This document shows, in pieces, positions 30,978 to 41,367 of a stretch of 64,000 nucleotides of DNA (positions are counted from its first letter, which is position 1; every line of letters starts with the position of its first letter). The DNA comes from Candidatus Poribacteria bacterium (GTDB taxonomy: Bacteria; Poribacteria; WGA-4E; WGA-3G). The position numbers and the translations under genes are program-made. A model generated the notes under the pieces. That model had not been told where the DNA came from. It did no database searches and saw only the letters and a list, made by a program, of their open reading frames with translations. The DNA lies in NCBI GenBank assembly GCA_965205025.1, contig CBDBFU010000023.1, positions 32,001-96,000 on the forward strand, given 5' to 3'.

Positions 30978-32135
30978 ATGAATAAGAAAAAGACATCCAT
31001 TCATCAATCGTTACCTATATGCATGCTTGGTGCTAATGGACATGGTAAGACTACGTTAACAACTGGTATGGAAAGAGTCGTTGAAAAAATTGGAACAATT
31101 CGTTCAGATACCAATACTGATTTTGCTGATCAGTTGCCAAATCACCACCAGATATGTGAAGGAGTTGGTTTTACTTTTCGATCTATTGACTATGAAACAA
31201 GCGGAAAACACTATACACAGATAGATTGTAATACACATCAGGATATAATAAAATTATTAGTTAGTGGTACTCTGGATATTCAAGGTGCAATATGGGTAGT
31301 CGATGCAGATGAAGGTGTAACGCCAGAATCTGAAGAACTGGTTTATATTGCCAATCGTGTTAAAGTATCCAATATTGTATCATTCTTAAATATTCATAAT
31401 ACCGATGACAGTGAGTTAGTAAATATCTGTCAACATGAAATGAGAGAATTACTCACTGAATGTGGATGGAATGAGAATAATTCACCAATATTAGTTGGTG
31501 ATGCACATAATACATTAAACTATAAAACTGTAAATTTGGGTTCAGACCAATGGAAACCTATCGTTGATACCATTTCTGCATTAAACAGCATAATGCCGGA
31601 TCCAATTGATAAATCACATCTTCATCTGGTTTTACCTATACATGAAATTGTGAAGGAAAGTAAAGAGACTGTGACATTTTCAGGTGAATTAATACAAGGT
31701 CATCTTTCTGTAGGTCAATCCATTGATATTGTTGGCAAAGGAGACAGGGTTAAAACAAAATGTTTAAATATTAAAGAAGATGAAATAACAGTAGAATCTG
31801 AACCAGACTGGTTATCTGTTGGACAGGTTGTATGTTCCCCAAAGACTATAAAAGCACATACAGAATTTATAGCTATTGTTTATTTACTAAGCCAGGAAGA
31901 AAGCGGAACACATATCCCTATAATTCAAAATGATAAGCTTGATATCCACCTATGGGGTATAGATGTTCATGCACGTGTTCAACTTCCACCAGAACTATCA
32001 ATCATATCTCCAGGATCAAATTGTGAGCTTTCTATTTACCTTGATCTTCCTCTTGTGATGGAAGTTGGTACAACATTCGAAATAAAAAAGATGGATCTGA
32101 GAATCGGTTTGGGAATCGTAACAGAAGTTACATAA
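30978..32135 (+). CDS. Highly divergent EF-Tu paralogue (three-domain architecture, degenerate G motifs)
   Basis: Colinear with EF-Tu: GANGHGKTTLT, YETSGKHYTQIDCNTH, GAIWVVDADEG, SFLN, EMRELL, TIKAHTEFIAIVYLLSQEESGTHIP, IGLGIVT. Confidence 0.8.
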   Translation: MNKKKTSIHQSLPICMLGANGHGKTTLTTGMERVVEKIGTIRSDTNTDFADQLPNHHQICEGVGFTFRSIDYETSGKHYTQIDCNTHQDIIKLLVSGTLDIQGAIWVVDADEGVTPESEELVYIANRVKVSNIVSFLNIHNTDDSELVNICQHEMRELLTECGWNENNSPILVGDAHNTLNYKTVNLGSDQWKPIVDTISALNSIMPDPIDKSHLHLVLPIHEIVKESKETVTFSGELIQGHLSVGQSIDIVGKGDRVKTKCLNIKEDEITVESEPDWLSVGQVVCSPKTIKAHTEFIAIVYLLSQEESGTHIPIIQNDKLDIHLWGIDVHARVQLPPELSIISPGSNCELSIYLDLPLVMEVGTTFEIKKMDLRIGLGIVTEVT

Positions 32136-32153
32136 AGTTCTTCTTGGTTCAAT

Positions 32154-32861
32154 TTAATTCACAATCTTAAGTACATCATTGAGTAAGAGATCACCTGTAT
32201 ATAAAGCACGTCCTATAATAGCACCAGATACTCCAATGTTTTTCAAGGATTCTATATCTGAAAGAGATGTAACCCCTCCCGATGCAATGACATTTGCAGA
32301 AACAGCATCCACTATTTCTGCGGTTGCTTTTAGATTAGGACCTTTCAACATTCCATCACTTTTTATATCTGTATATATCAAAGTCTGAACTACCGAAAGT
32401 TCTTTTGCAAAATGTATAGCAGATTTTTCAGACACTTCTAACCAACCATCTGTGGCGACCATTCCATCTCTCGCGTCAATTCCAACTGCAATTCTTTCAC
32501 CGTATAAATCACATGCTTCTGATACAAGATTAGGTTGTTTTAAGGCTGCTGTACCCAAAATTGCTCTATCAACCCCTAATTCCAGAACAACCTTGATCTG
32601 CTCGATATTTCTAATGCCGCCACCAAGTTGTGTAGGAATTGTAACTTCAGAGACGATCTCACCAACTATCTTTAGGTTTGCTGATACACCTTGAAATGCT
32701 CCATCAAGATCGACAAGGTGTAGGTATTCTGCTCCTTCCGATTCCCATCTTAGTGCCATATCAACAGGATTATTAGAAAAAACTGTTTCTTGTTCAGCAA
32801 TACCTTGGATCAGATTAACACATTTTCCACCACGTAGATCAATTGCGGGTAATATTTTCAC
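32154..32861 (-). CDS. hisA: ProFAR isomerase HisA
   Basis: ILPAIDLRGGKCV, LHLVDLDGA, QLGGGIR, YTDIKSDGMLKGPN, ASGGV, GRALY. Confidence 0.96.
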   Translation of the reverse strand: MKILPAIDLRGGKCVNLIQGIAEQETVFSNNPVDMALRWESEGAEYLHLVDLDGAFQGVSANLKIVGEIVSEVTIPTQLGGGIRNIEQIKVVLELGVDRAILGTAALKQPNLVSEACDLYGERIAVGIDARDGMVATDGWLEVSEKSAIHFAKELSVVQTLIYTDIKSDGMLKGPNLKATAEIVDAVSANVIASGGVTSLSDIESLKNIGVSGAIIGRALYTGDLLLNDVLKIVN

Positions 32862-32873
32862 TTAATTTCCTTT

Positions 32874-33776
32874 CTATTCCTCACGAAAAATACCGAGTAA
32901 TTTTAATTGTGCGATTGAGATGATTGCAATAATTATAAAAAGCACCCATCCTATTGTTGCAGCATAACCAAGTCGCATAAATTGAAAACCATTCTTATAT
33001 AAATACATTACAATTGTAGAACCCGCATCTGCAGGTTCACCACCATTCGTTAATATAAATGGTAGATCAAACAGTTGGAATGATCCTATCATTGAAACAA
33101 CAACCACAAATGCAATTACAGGTCGTAATGAGGGAAGAGTAACATGAATAAATGCCTGCCACCAATTTGCACCATCTACAGCTGCAGCTTCATATAAATC
33201 CTGACGTATTCCTTGAAGTCCTGCAATAAAGTAGATCATGTTAAATCCTGCCCATTGCCATACTCCTGTAAGAATCACAGCCGGCATTACATATTTTGCA
33301 TCATTTAGCCATCCTATCTCTTTTCCAAGAAGTATATATTCGTTGTTGATAATTCCTGCGCGCTGATCATAGATAAGATTAAAGATGATGGCAACAAATA
33401 CACCTGCGACAAGTACAGGTGTAAAAAATGCTAAACGTAATATGTTCTTTCCTTTGACATATTTTGAATTTAAGATTATGGCAAGTAATAAAGCTATAGG
33501 TAATTGTAGCGTTAATGTACCCAGTGCAAAATATGTCGTATTCCATGCAGATTTCCAAAAGATAGGATCAATAAAAAGATCTATGAAGTTGCTAAATCCT
33601 ACATATATTTTACTTTGAAACCCACGCATCTCATAGAAACTCATAATGAGAGATGAGAGTAGTGGATACCCCATAAAAACAATGAATAGTATATAGAATG
33701 GAGCAATAAACAGGTAGGGAGCAATTTTCTGTTGTTGATTCCAGATATTCTTACTAAAGGTTTTATTAATCGCCAT
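32874..33776 (-). CDS. Carbohydrate ABC transporter permease
   Basis: EAA motif LYEAAAVDGANWWQAFIHVTLP. Confidence 0.92.
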   Translation of the reverse strand: MAINKTFSKNIWNQQQKIAPYLFIAPFYILFIVFMGYPLLSSLIMSFYEMRGFQSKIYVGFSNFIDLFIDPIFWKSAWNTTYFALGTLTLQLPIALLLAIILNSKYVKGKNILRLAFFTPVLVAGVFVAIIFNLIYDQRAGIINNEYILLGKEIGWLNDAKYVMPAVILTGVWQWAGFNMIYFIAGLQGIRQDLYEAAAVDGANWWQAFIHVTLPSLRPVIAFVVVVSMIGSFQLFDLPFILTNGGEPADAGSTIVMYLYKNGFQFMRLGYAATIGWVLFIIIAIISIAQLKLLGIFREE

Positions 33777-33814
33777 AACTGATTAGGACTAACTTTATTT
33801 AGAAATTGAATTTT

Positions 33815-35179
33815 CTATTTAATCTCTTCTGTTCTCCATCTTGTTTGGTCTTTTGAGATAATATCCCTAACTGTAGTAGCAAGTTCAGTCAAAGCCTTTC
33901 TTGGTGACTTATCTTCAGTAACGACTTCAAAGATGGTATCATTCAATAAATCTGAAGCTTCCGACCAATACGGATTCTGATATCGTGGTGGTATATCTGG
34001 TGCCAAATCAATAAACAATTTTCCAATTCTCTGTCCACCTAAGTATTCGTCAGGTTCATGAAAAATCGGTATATCCAATGCAGATTTGATCGGAGGTATA
34101 ATCATAGTGGTTTCAAACCTATTTGCTAATCCTTCTCTATTGAAATATGTAAATTCAATCAGTTCCCATGCAAGTTCAGGATTCTTGCACTGTTTTGTAA
34201 TACCAATCATTGTACCACCACGTGTTGTTGTGCGTCTTCCCCCTTCTTCCCACGCAGGCATTGGTATTGCTTTCCACTTTCCCGCCATCTGAGGAACTTG
34301 ACTTTTTAATATCCCAACATACCAATCTGGTGCTAAAATGGAAAGTATCTTATCATCCTGCATTGCAGCGAAATTACTTGGATGTCCATGCCATGTTCCG
34401 TAAACAGGAGTTGCAATTTTATGTTCATTGAAGAGTGAACTATAAAAGGTTAAAGTATCTATCGCAATCTCGCTATCTATAATCACATTTCCATTTTCAT
34501 CAAAAAACCCACCTCCCCTTTGTAGCAGAAAGTTGAAGTAATCGCTCTCTGTCTTGTTATCCAGAACAATTGCATAACGGTCAGTGCTACCATCCCCATC
34601 CGTATCACGAGTTGCTTTTTTAGCAGCAATTATAAATTCATCCCAAGTACTGATTTCTGTCAGATCAACTCCTACTGCTTTAAAAAGATCATCTCTATAT
34701 AGGAGAACTACAGGATGTAAATCATGTGGGATTCCATATATTCTTCCATTATAAGACCAGGGTGTAAAACGATTTGGAACTAAATCATCCATCCAACCTT
34801 GACTTTCCAATAGAGGACGAAGGTCCAAGAACCCAATTTCATCTATTGCTCCCTTCAAGAAACGGCCAATTGAGGTAATTTCTACTTCAACAATATCGGG
34901 TGCACCGAAATTTGAAAGTAGTGCTGTTAGAAGCTTGTCATGCATCGTGTCACCAAAGTTAATCAACTCAACATTTACATCAGGATAAAGTTGATTAAAT
35001 AGTGGGAGTCGTGCTTGATATTCGTCATAATGAGTGGGTGCAAAAATCCAGAACTCTAAACTCTCATCTTTCTTTTCTAAAGATGCAACAAGAAATATTG
35101 AAGAGACTACAAACAGAACCAACATTGCTATGGGTGCTTTGCCAATTGGGAAGTTATCACTATCAAATGGAATTGTCAT
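33815..35179 (-). CDS. Carbohydrate ABC transporter substrate-binding protein
   Basis: APDIV, YGIP..LLYRDDLF, TWDEF, W..IPMP; family 1 SBP pattern. Confidence 0.88.
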   Translation of the reverse strand: MTIPFDSDNFPIGKAPIAMLVLFVVSSIFLVASLEKKDESLEFWIFAPTHYDEYQARLPLFNQLYPDVNVELINFGDTMHDKLLTALLSNFGAPDIVEVEITSIGRFLKGAIDEIGFLDLRPLLESQGWMDDLVPNRFTPWSYNGRIYGIPHDLHPVVLLYRDDLFKAVGVDLTEISTWDEFIIAAKKATRDTDGDGSTDRYAIVLDNKTESDYFNFLLQRGGGFFDENGNVIIDSEIAIDTLTFYSSLFNEHKIATPVYGTWHGHPSNFAAMQDDKILSILAPDWYVGILKSQVPQMAGKWKAIPMPAWEEGGRRTTTRGGTMIGITKQCKNPELAWELIEFTYFNREGLANRFETTMIIPPIKSALDIPIFHEPDEYLGGQRIGKLFIDLAPDIPPRYQNPYWSEASDLLNDTIFEVVTEDKSPRKALTELATTVRDIISKDQTRWRTEEIK

Positions 35180-35274
35180 GGTTTTGCTAAGAATTTATGG
35201 TGCTATATTATCTTGAGATGAATCATGTGTTCTACTACAAGTCTTAGTATTTTATCAAAAAGGTCAATTTTGTC

Positions 35275-35303
35275 TTGACATTTAGGAACTGACTAATTAA
35301 AAT
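35275..35303 (+). promoter_or_regulatory. sigma70-like promoter
   Basis: TTGACA, 17-bp spacer, TAAAAT upstream of the FmdB-CDF genes. Confidence 0.5.
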
Positions 35304-35352
35304 TTATCAAAACAATTCCTTTTTTTCAATGAATAAATGGAGTATCGTTTAC

Positions 35353-35652
35353 ATGCCTACATATGATTATAGATGTCTTGAATGTGAAACAGAATTTGAG
35401 AAATTTCAAGGCATCACAGAAGATCCGATTAAAGAATGTCCAGAATGTACAGGTAAAGTGAAAAGACTGATTGGTGCAGGGGCTGGATTGATCTTCAAAG
35501 GGTCTGGTTTTTATATCACTGATTATCGAAGTGATGGATATAAAGAATCTGCTAAGAAAGATAATAATACCTCAACCGATAAAGGTGATAAGAAAGAAAA
35601 GAAAACCGATAACAGTAGTGAATCAAAGAGTAAGAAAGAAACTTCTGACTAA
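35353..35652 (+). CDS. FmdB family zinc-ribbon protein
   Basis: MPTYDYRCLEC..CPEC..LIFKGSGFYITDY. ATG 35353 follows GGAG. Confidence 0.9.
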   Translation: MPTYDYRCLECETEFEKFQGITEDPIKECPECTGKVKRLIGAGAGLIFKGSGFYITDYRSDGYKESAKKDNNTSTDKGDKKEKKTDNSSESKSKKETSD

Positions 35653-35690
35653 CTGGAATTTCTACATCTAATCTACAATAGGATTCCAAT

Positions 35691-36632
35691 TTGCATACTC
35701 ACCATGACCATCATCACCATAATCAGGGTGAAGAACATTCCCATCAATATCATCTTCAAAAAAAGTTCAAGATAGCTATTCTTATTACATTCTGTGTGTT
35801 TTTAGGTGAACTTATTGGGGGTATTTGGTCGGGTAGTCTTGCTCTATTGAGTGATGCTGCACATGTAATGTCTGATGTAATTTCTTTATTATTAAGTTGG
35901 TTTGCCATATATCTTTCAACCCGTCCAGCAACTTCATTCCGTACTTACGGTTACCACAGAACAGAAGTATTTGCAGCATTTTTAAATGGTATCACCCTCA
36001 TAGGTATTTCTATTTGGATTTTTTATGAAGCATATCATAGATATATTTCCCCCACTGAGATAAAAGTAACAGGAATGTTCATTGTTGCATGTATAGGCTT
36101 TATAGCCAACCTGATTATTTTATGGCAATTACACGGTGAGAGTCATGGGAACCTAAATGTGCGAAGTGCTGTAATACATGTGGTTGGAGACGCACTGTCC
36201 TCCGTTGCCATCGTAATCGGTGGTGCAGTAATTCTTTTTTTTGGATGGACACCTATTGACACCATATTAAGCATACTTATTGGAGGGATCATACTGATTA
36301 GTGCGATAAATGTAACGAAGGAGGCAGTATATATTCTTCTTGAGAATTCTCCGCGTAACGCTGATGCCGATACAGTTGCAGAACACCTATGCAGTTTGGA
36401 ATCTGTTAAGGGAATCCATGATATGCATGTATGGTCATTATGTTCTAACTATAGTGCATTAAGTGCCCATATAGTAATCCATGAACACACAACACTCCCC
36501 TACGATCACATACTAAAACAGATCAATACCGAATTAATACAACGTTTTGGTATACACCATACCACTCTTCAACTTGAGAATGTCGCATGTACACAAGACA
36601 CCAATCTATTGTGTAATGCCCAACACACCTAA
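35691..36632 (+). CDS. Cation diffusion facilitator (CzcD/ZitB-like)
   Basis: His-rich N-terminus, SLALLSDAAHVMSD, TYGYHRTE, HVVGD, IHDMHVWSL, HTTLQLE. Confidence 0.93.
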   Translation: MHTHHDHHHHNQGEEHSHQYHLQKKFKIAILITFCVFLGELIGGIWSGSLALLSDAAHVMSDVISLLLSWFAIYLSTRPATSFRTYGYHRTEVFAAFLNGITLIGISIWIFYEAYHRYISPTEIKVTGMFIVACIGFIANLIILWQLHGESHGNLNVRSAVIHVVGDALSSVAIVIGGAVILFFGWTPIDTILSILIGGIILISAINVTKEAVYILLENSPRNADADTVAEHLCSLESVKGIHDMHVWSLCSNYSALSAHIVIHEHTTLPYDHILKQINTELIQRFGIHHTTLQLENVACTQDTNLLCNAQHT

Positions 36633-36644
36633 AATCCAATCTTC

Positions 36645-37220
36645 CTAAATATGTTCTTCCTTCAATCTATGTGCTTTCCTAATTAAGGTAGTGTCTTTTG
36701 AAAACTGTCGTGTTGCTTTGATCAGACCATCAACGTGTGAAACCATTTCTCTCTCAATTTGGACGATCCTTGATAGCAAATAGGGTTGATTGCTCTCCCG
36801 TATTGCTTGTCTGATGATGGATAATAGATACATATATATCGTATCTGACTCACTTCCTTCAATAGCAATTGCAATTTCAAAACCTTCATCTAAAGATATC
36901 CTACCACTTTTGACCTTCTTTTCATGGGATTGTAATGCATCTGTAATTTCTTGGATGGAAACATCTGGAAATGGTTGTAGGTCAGAGTCTTCATTGAGTC
37001 CATTAGAAGATATGTCCTTATTAATTCCAAATGTCTCAATACATAATGCACGACCAAAATCGACGAGTATATAGTGTTGCCATTCCTCTGTACTCATTTT
37101 TTCCCAAAATCGCGCAATGCGTTCATCAACATCACCCAATAATAGTGAAAGTGATGCATATAATTTCGCTTGCCGTAATTCCAGGTCTTTACAAAGTTCA
37201 AAGAGAGTTTCTAATGTCAA
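36645..37220 (-). CDS. Ferritin/rubrerythrin-like four-helix protein
   Basis: E..A.LY, EEWQH, AIAIE..E..Y, E...H di-metal-like pattern. Confidence 0.6.
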   Translation of the reverse strand: MTLETLFELCKDLELRQAKLYASLSLLLGDVDERIARFWEKMSTEEWQHYILVDFGRALCIETFGINKDISSNGLNEDSDLQPFPDVSIQEITDALQSHEKKVKSGRISLDEGFEIAIAIEGSESDTIYMYLLSIIRQAIRESNQPYLLSRIVQIEREMVSHVDGLIKATRQFSKDTTLIRKAHRLKEEHI

Positions 37221-37274
37221 TTTATCTCCTCATACAATCCTTAGAAGTTCTATCGTTATGCTATCTATTTTAAG

Positions 37275-38312
37275 TTATATTTGTAGTGGTAATGAAATCG
37301 TCGTACCTGACATCATACTTCGTGTAACGGCTTCAGTAAATTCCATATACTTTACCCCAGTATCAAAATCAGTGTGTGTTATTTTTTCTTCTCCGCGTAT
37401 TGCGTTTATAAATTCTGCTTCAACTCTCCAACCACCTTCTTCTTCCTTAGGTATATCAATTTCGATTAATTCTTCTTCAGTTCTTTTTCCACCATATAAT
37501 GTGTTTTCTGAGAAACGCAATGTTCCTTCACTACCAAATAAAATTGCCTCAGGATTACCCGCTAATCCTGTGACAGAGGATATTTGCATGTGTAATTGAG
37601 CACCACAAGTAAGTTCTCCAACAACATCAATATGTTCAGGAATTCTGACCGATTTCATATTACCATCAGAATCAGTACGCATTTTAACAAAGGTATTCCC
37701 CATAGCCATTATCTTTGTAGCCTCACCAACCCATCTCATCAATGCTTCATACCAAATCCCCATACTCATTATATTCATACCGCTAAGATCAAAATCCTGT
37801 CGCCATTGAATGTCTGATTCTCTGTCCAGAAAACTACCACCGGCGCGTACTTCAATAGCAAGTATGCTACCAACATATCCTTCAGCTATAAGTCGTTTTA
37901 TAGTCTTGTCTACGCGTAAGGTCATCGGTGAAGGAACAATCTGTGCTATTAGTCCGGGTTTTCTCCGAGATATCATTCGCATTGCATGTGCCTCGCGGGC
38001 GTTCATTGCCATACGAGCTTCACACATCACATGTTTATTTGCCATTAAAGCTGCAACTGTAGTTCGGCAATGCATATAAGGCCATGTCCCAATCACAATT
38101 GCATTTGTCTCGTCATCTTTAATGACATCCTGCCAATTATTATATATCTTTGAGATACCAAATTCATCAGCAACAGCTTGGGATGAATCCTTACTCCGAT
38201 TGCATACTCCGATTACTTCTACACCATCAATTGCTTGTAAACCAGGTATGTGTCGTGACTTTGTGTTTCTACCCGCCCCTATGATTCCAACTCGAATTGG
38301 TTCTGATGTCAC
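37275..38312 (-). CDS. Gfo/Idh/MocA oxidoreductase
   Basis: RVGIIGAG, HIP, KHVMCEARMA. Confidence 0.9.
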   Translation of the reverse strand: MTSEPIRVGIIGAGRNTKSRHIPGLQAIDGVEVIGVCNRSKDSSQAVADEFGISKIYNNWQDVIKDDETNAIVIGTWPYMHCRTTVAALMANKHVMCEARMAMNAREAHAMRMISRRKPGLIAQIVPSPMTLRVDKTIKRLIAEGYVGSILAIEVRAGGSFLDRESDIQWRQDFDLSGMNIMSMGIWYEALMRWVGEATKIMAMGNTFVKMRTDSDGNMKSVRIPEHIDVVGELTCGAQLHMQISSVTGLAGNPEAILFGSEGTLRFSENTLYGGKRTEEELIEIDIPKEEEGGWRVEAEFINAIRGEEKITHTDFDTGVKYMEFTEAVTRSMMSGTTISLPLQI

Positions 38313-38528
38313 TCCTATACTCCTTTCGTGTATAACTAATTAGTGATTATCATAGCAAATGAGGAGTATCATGTCAAGGTATAGTTTGGATTTAAAATGT
38401 ATGTTTCTTTACAGATTATGTCAGTTTGCAAATATAATTATTATTTAAAATATAGGAATAGACACATTAACAACATAAGAATCATAATGGAATTGATATA
38501 TTCATTCGTATGAAGTATACTCAATTGT

Positions 38529-39194
38529 ATGAAATCCATAGACAATAAAGGAAATGGTATCATAATAGGAATCACTGGAGGTATTGCATGTGGCAAGACT
38601 ACTGTCTCACAGTTACTTGCTAATAAAGGTGCAATTCCACTCAATGCTGATGAGATTGGACATCAACTTCTATTAGCTGATAGTCCTGTAATAGATAAGC
38701 TTATTGACGCCTTTGGGTCTGAAATACTTGAGGAAACAGGGGATATTAGTAGAGACAAATTGGGTTCTATTGTTTTTAAGGATGAAGATGCACGCAAGAG
38801 ATTAAATAATATACTACACCCAATAATAATAGAAAGATCCCGTACAGAAGCAAGACGACTTGTTTGTAATAATCCTGGGTGTGTGGTATTGTTGGATGCA
38901 CCACTTCTTATTGAGGCAGGTGCATACGATACCGTAGATCTGATTGTCGTTGTATCTGCTTCACAGGAAACACAATTAAATAGAATCATTGAAAGAAGTT
39001 ATTCATTAGATAGACCAATTAATCGAAAAGATGCACAAGCCAGAATTGATTCACAGATGCCAGTGTCAGAAAAAGTTAAATATGCTGATGTCGTAATAGA
39101 GAATGAAGGGAATCTAAATGAACTTAATGACCAGGTTGATGATCTGTGGGAACAGATTCAGACAAGTCTAAGGAATCCTGCCATAGTAGATTAA
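38529..39194 (+). CDS. coaE: Dephospho-CoA kinase
   Basis: IGITGGIACGKTTV, LNNILHP, DAPLLIE, ARIDSQMP, ADVVIEN. Confidence 0.95.
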   Translation: MKSIDNKGNGIIIGITGGIACGKTTVSQLLANKGAIPLNADEIGHQLLLADSPVIDKLIDAFGSEILEETGDISRDKLGSIVFKDEDARKRLNNILHPIIIERSRTEARRLVCNNPGCVVLLDAPLLIEAGAYDTVDLIVVVSASQETQLNRIIERSYSLDRPINRKDAQARIDSQMPVSEKVKYADVVIENEGNLNELNDQVDDLWEQIQTSLRNPAIVD

Positions 39195-40263
39195 CAGCGT
39201 TTGCTTTGATAACACAATAAACATCTGAGTTTTGTGATAAATTCAGTTGTTCTTTTGCACTATGTGTAATTTTCACTGATAGATGTAATCCTTCAACAAT
39301 AATATTCAATATTGTCTTATCACCAACTTTCTCTATTTTATCAATACTCCCTTTTAGTGAATTACGTGCACTTATAGGGAGATTGGGTTCGAGCGATACA
39401 ATTATATCTTCAGCACGAATTCCAACCGGAACAGATTCACCAATATCTTTATCAATATAGGGTATTTTAAGAGTTTGTTTACCTATTTCTAATTCCGTAA
39501 TACCTTTATATTTATCAGATTTCCTAACTGGTAATGAGAAGACATTTTCTATTCCTGTAATATTGGCAATAGGCATAGCGGATGGGGAGGTAAGTATTTG
39601 ATGTGGTTGACCATTTGCAGTTATTTCCCCATCTGTCAATACATATGCTTCATCAGCAATTGCTATTGCTTCCGAAATCATATGAGTGACATATAGAATT
39701 GGTATCTCAAACCTTTCTTTTATATGATGTAGATATGGTATGATCCTGTTTTTTAAACCTGAGTCAAGCGAAGCAAGTGGTTCATCCATAAGCAGAAGTG
39801 ATGGTTCCATAGCAAGAGACCTTGCTATGGCTACTCTTTGACGTTGTCCTCCTGATAATTGCTGGGGGTATCGTTCCAGTAGATCTCCTATCTCAAGTAT
39901 ATCGATAATATCTCTAATATCCTCATGCGGTTTTCGTTTTTTTCGCGATTGTCCATATCGAATGTTATTCTCAATATTTAAATGTGGGAAAAGGTGTCCT
40001 TCCTGAAAAACATACCCAATTCTTCTTTTTTCAGGTGGGAGATTTATCCGTAAATTTGATGAGTAAAGTTTACGTTCCTGAAATACAATTTCACCTTGAT
40101 CTGGACTTACAATTCCACTAATGCAATTTAGAAGTGTAGTTTTACCACTTCCTGATGCACCTAAGAAGGCTGTAACCTTTTCTTTCAGAATACTATCAAT
40201 ATTCAATGAAAAATTGGTAAACTTTTTTCTGAATTGGAGGATTAAGTTTGTATTGTTTGACAT
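39124..40263 (-). CDS. modC: Molybdate ABC transporter ATPase with TOBE domain
   Basis: GASGSGKTT, RRIGYVFQE, LSGGQRQR, LLMDEP, ISARN. Confidence 0.93.
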   Translation of the reverse strand: MSNNTNLILQFRKKFTNFSLNIDSILKEKVTAFLGASGSGKTTLLNCISGIVSPDQGEIVFQERKLYSSNLRINLPPEKRRIGYVFQEGHLFPHLNIENNIRYGQSRKKRKPHEDIRDIIDILEIGDLLERYPQQLSGGQRQRVAIARSLAMEPSLLLMDEPLASLDSGLKNRIIPYLHHIKERFEIPILYVTHMISEAIAIADEAYVLTDGEITANGQPHQILTSPSAMPIANITGIENVFSLPVRKSDKYKGITELEIGKQTLKIPYIDKDIGESVPVGIRAEDIIVSLEPNLPISARNSLKGSIDKIEKVGDKTILNIIVEGLHLSVKITHSAKEQLNLSQNSDVYCVIKANAVNLLWQDSLDLSESVPTDHQPGH

Positions 40264-40344
40264 TATATGAAAATAGATACTTGAGACTATTTGAGAGAAT
40301 CTCTTGATGACAATTAGTTTAAATATAGAATTTTAATTATCTGC

Positions 40345-40617
40345 TTAGAATAGGTCTCCATCAAAACTATCATCATATATATCCTCACTCGTTTCCTCAA
40401 CTATTTCCTCCTCAGAAGAATTATCATCAAATACATCACCAAGTATTAACCTAGTCAGGAGGACATCTTCAATATCGTCATTTGGATTCGTCTCTTCAAC
40501 TGTAGTTGTCCTCTCTCTTTTATGTTGTTTTTTCTTCGGTTTTCGACGGGATGAATATACCTTCCAAATTATGAATGCAAATAATAGAATTGTTATAATT
40601 ACAATAAGTTGAGTCAT
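40345..40617 (-). CDS. Small membrane-anchored acidic protein
   Basis: TM helix, basic patch and D/E-rich tail. GGAG RBS. Confidence 0.65.
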   Translation of the reverse strand: MTQLIVIITILLFAFIIWKVYSSRRKPKKKQHKRERTTTVEETNPNDDIEDVLLTRLILGDVFDDNSSEEEIVEETSEDIYDDSFDGDLF

Positions 40618-40667
40618 AATTCTCCTTCATAAAATAATTATATTCTACACAAGAAAATCTCTATGGA

Positions 40668-41348
40668 TCAATCACCTTTATTAAGTCGATAAATATACCG
40701 TTCAGTTACCCATATTGCTATAAAGGCAATTATTGTAGAAATTAAAACCAATCGAAAAACAGCAGTATCATTCCCTAATTGGACAGCATCAAAGATTGAT
40801 AGTGCAATCGTCTGGGTCTTACCTGGAATGTTACCAGCCACCATATATGTAGCCCCAAACTCTCCAAGAGATTTTGTAAATCCAAGTATAACTCCTCCAA
40901 GTATGCCTTTATATGCCAAAGGAAGAGTTATTGTAATAAATACCTTTAATGGATTCGAACCGAGTGTTCGAGCAGCATTTTCCAGTTCTACAGGAACAGA
41001 AGAAATCCCCGTCATAATCCCTCTTACCAACAGTGGAAACGAGATAATTGAAACAGCAATAACCACGGCTATAGGAGAAAATACGATATTATGTTTCAGT
41101 ATACTATATAATACACTTCCAATTGGACCTTGTTTACTTAAGAGAATTAACAGTAGGTATCCACTCACCACTGGAGGAAGGACTAATGGAGACATGACAA
41201 TTGTATTTAGCAATGTCTTTCCAATAAAATCTCGTTTAACCAGTAGCCATCCAAAAAATAGTCCGGGTGGTAACATTATTATCAGACTAAGCAATGCGAC
41301 CTTTACTGATAGTGTTAGTGCCGCAATTTCTATAGATGTAATCCTCAT
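40668..41348 (-). CDS. modB: Molybdate ABC transporter permease
   Basis: PLVLPPVVSG, AARTLG, SLGEFGAT, GNIPGKTQT. Confidence 0.95.
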   Translation of the reverse strand: MRITSIEIAALTLSVKVALLSLIIMLPPGLFFGWLLVKRDFIGKTLLNTIVMSPLVLPPVVSGYLLLILLSKQGPIGSVLYSILKHNIVFSPIAVVIAVSIISFPLLVRGIMTGISSVPVELENAARTLGSNPLKVFITITLPLAYKGILGGVILGFTKSLGEFGATYMVAGNIPGKTQTIALSIFDAVQLGNDTAVFRLVLISTIIAFIAIWVTERYIYRLNKGD

Positions 41349-41367
41349 TCTTTATATGAATTTGATA

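Noticed and set aside
30978-32135. Calling this gene tuf or selB
   Set aside because: G3 and G4 motifs are degenerate and there is no SelB winged-helix extension, so no gene symbol was assigned.
39124-39194. 71-bp convergent overlap of coaE and modC as a regulatory device
   Set aside because: Both tails are non-conserved extensions. Such overlaps are common and could also arise from an indel error.
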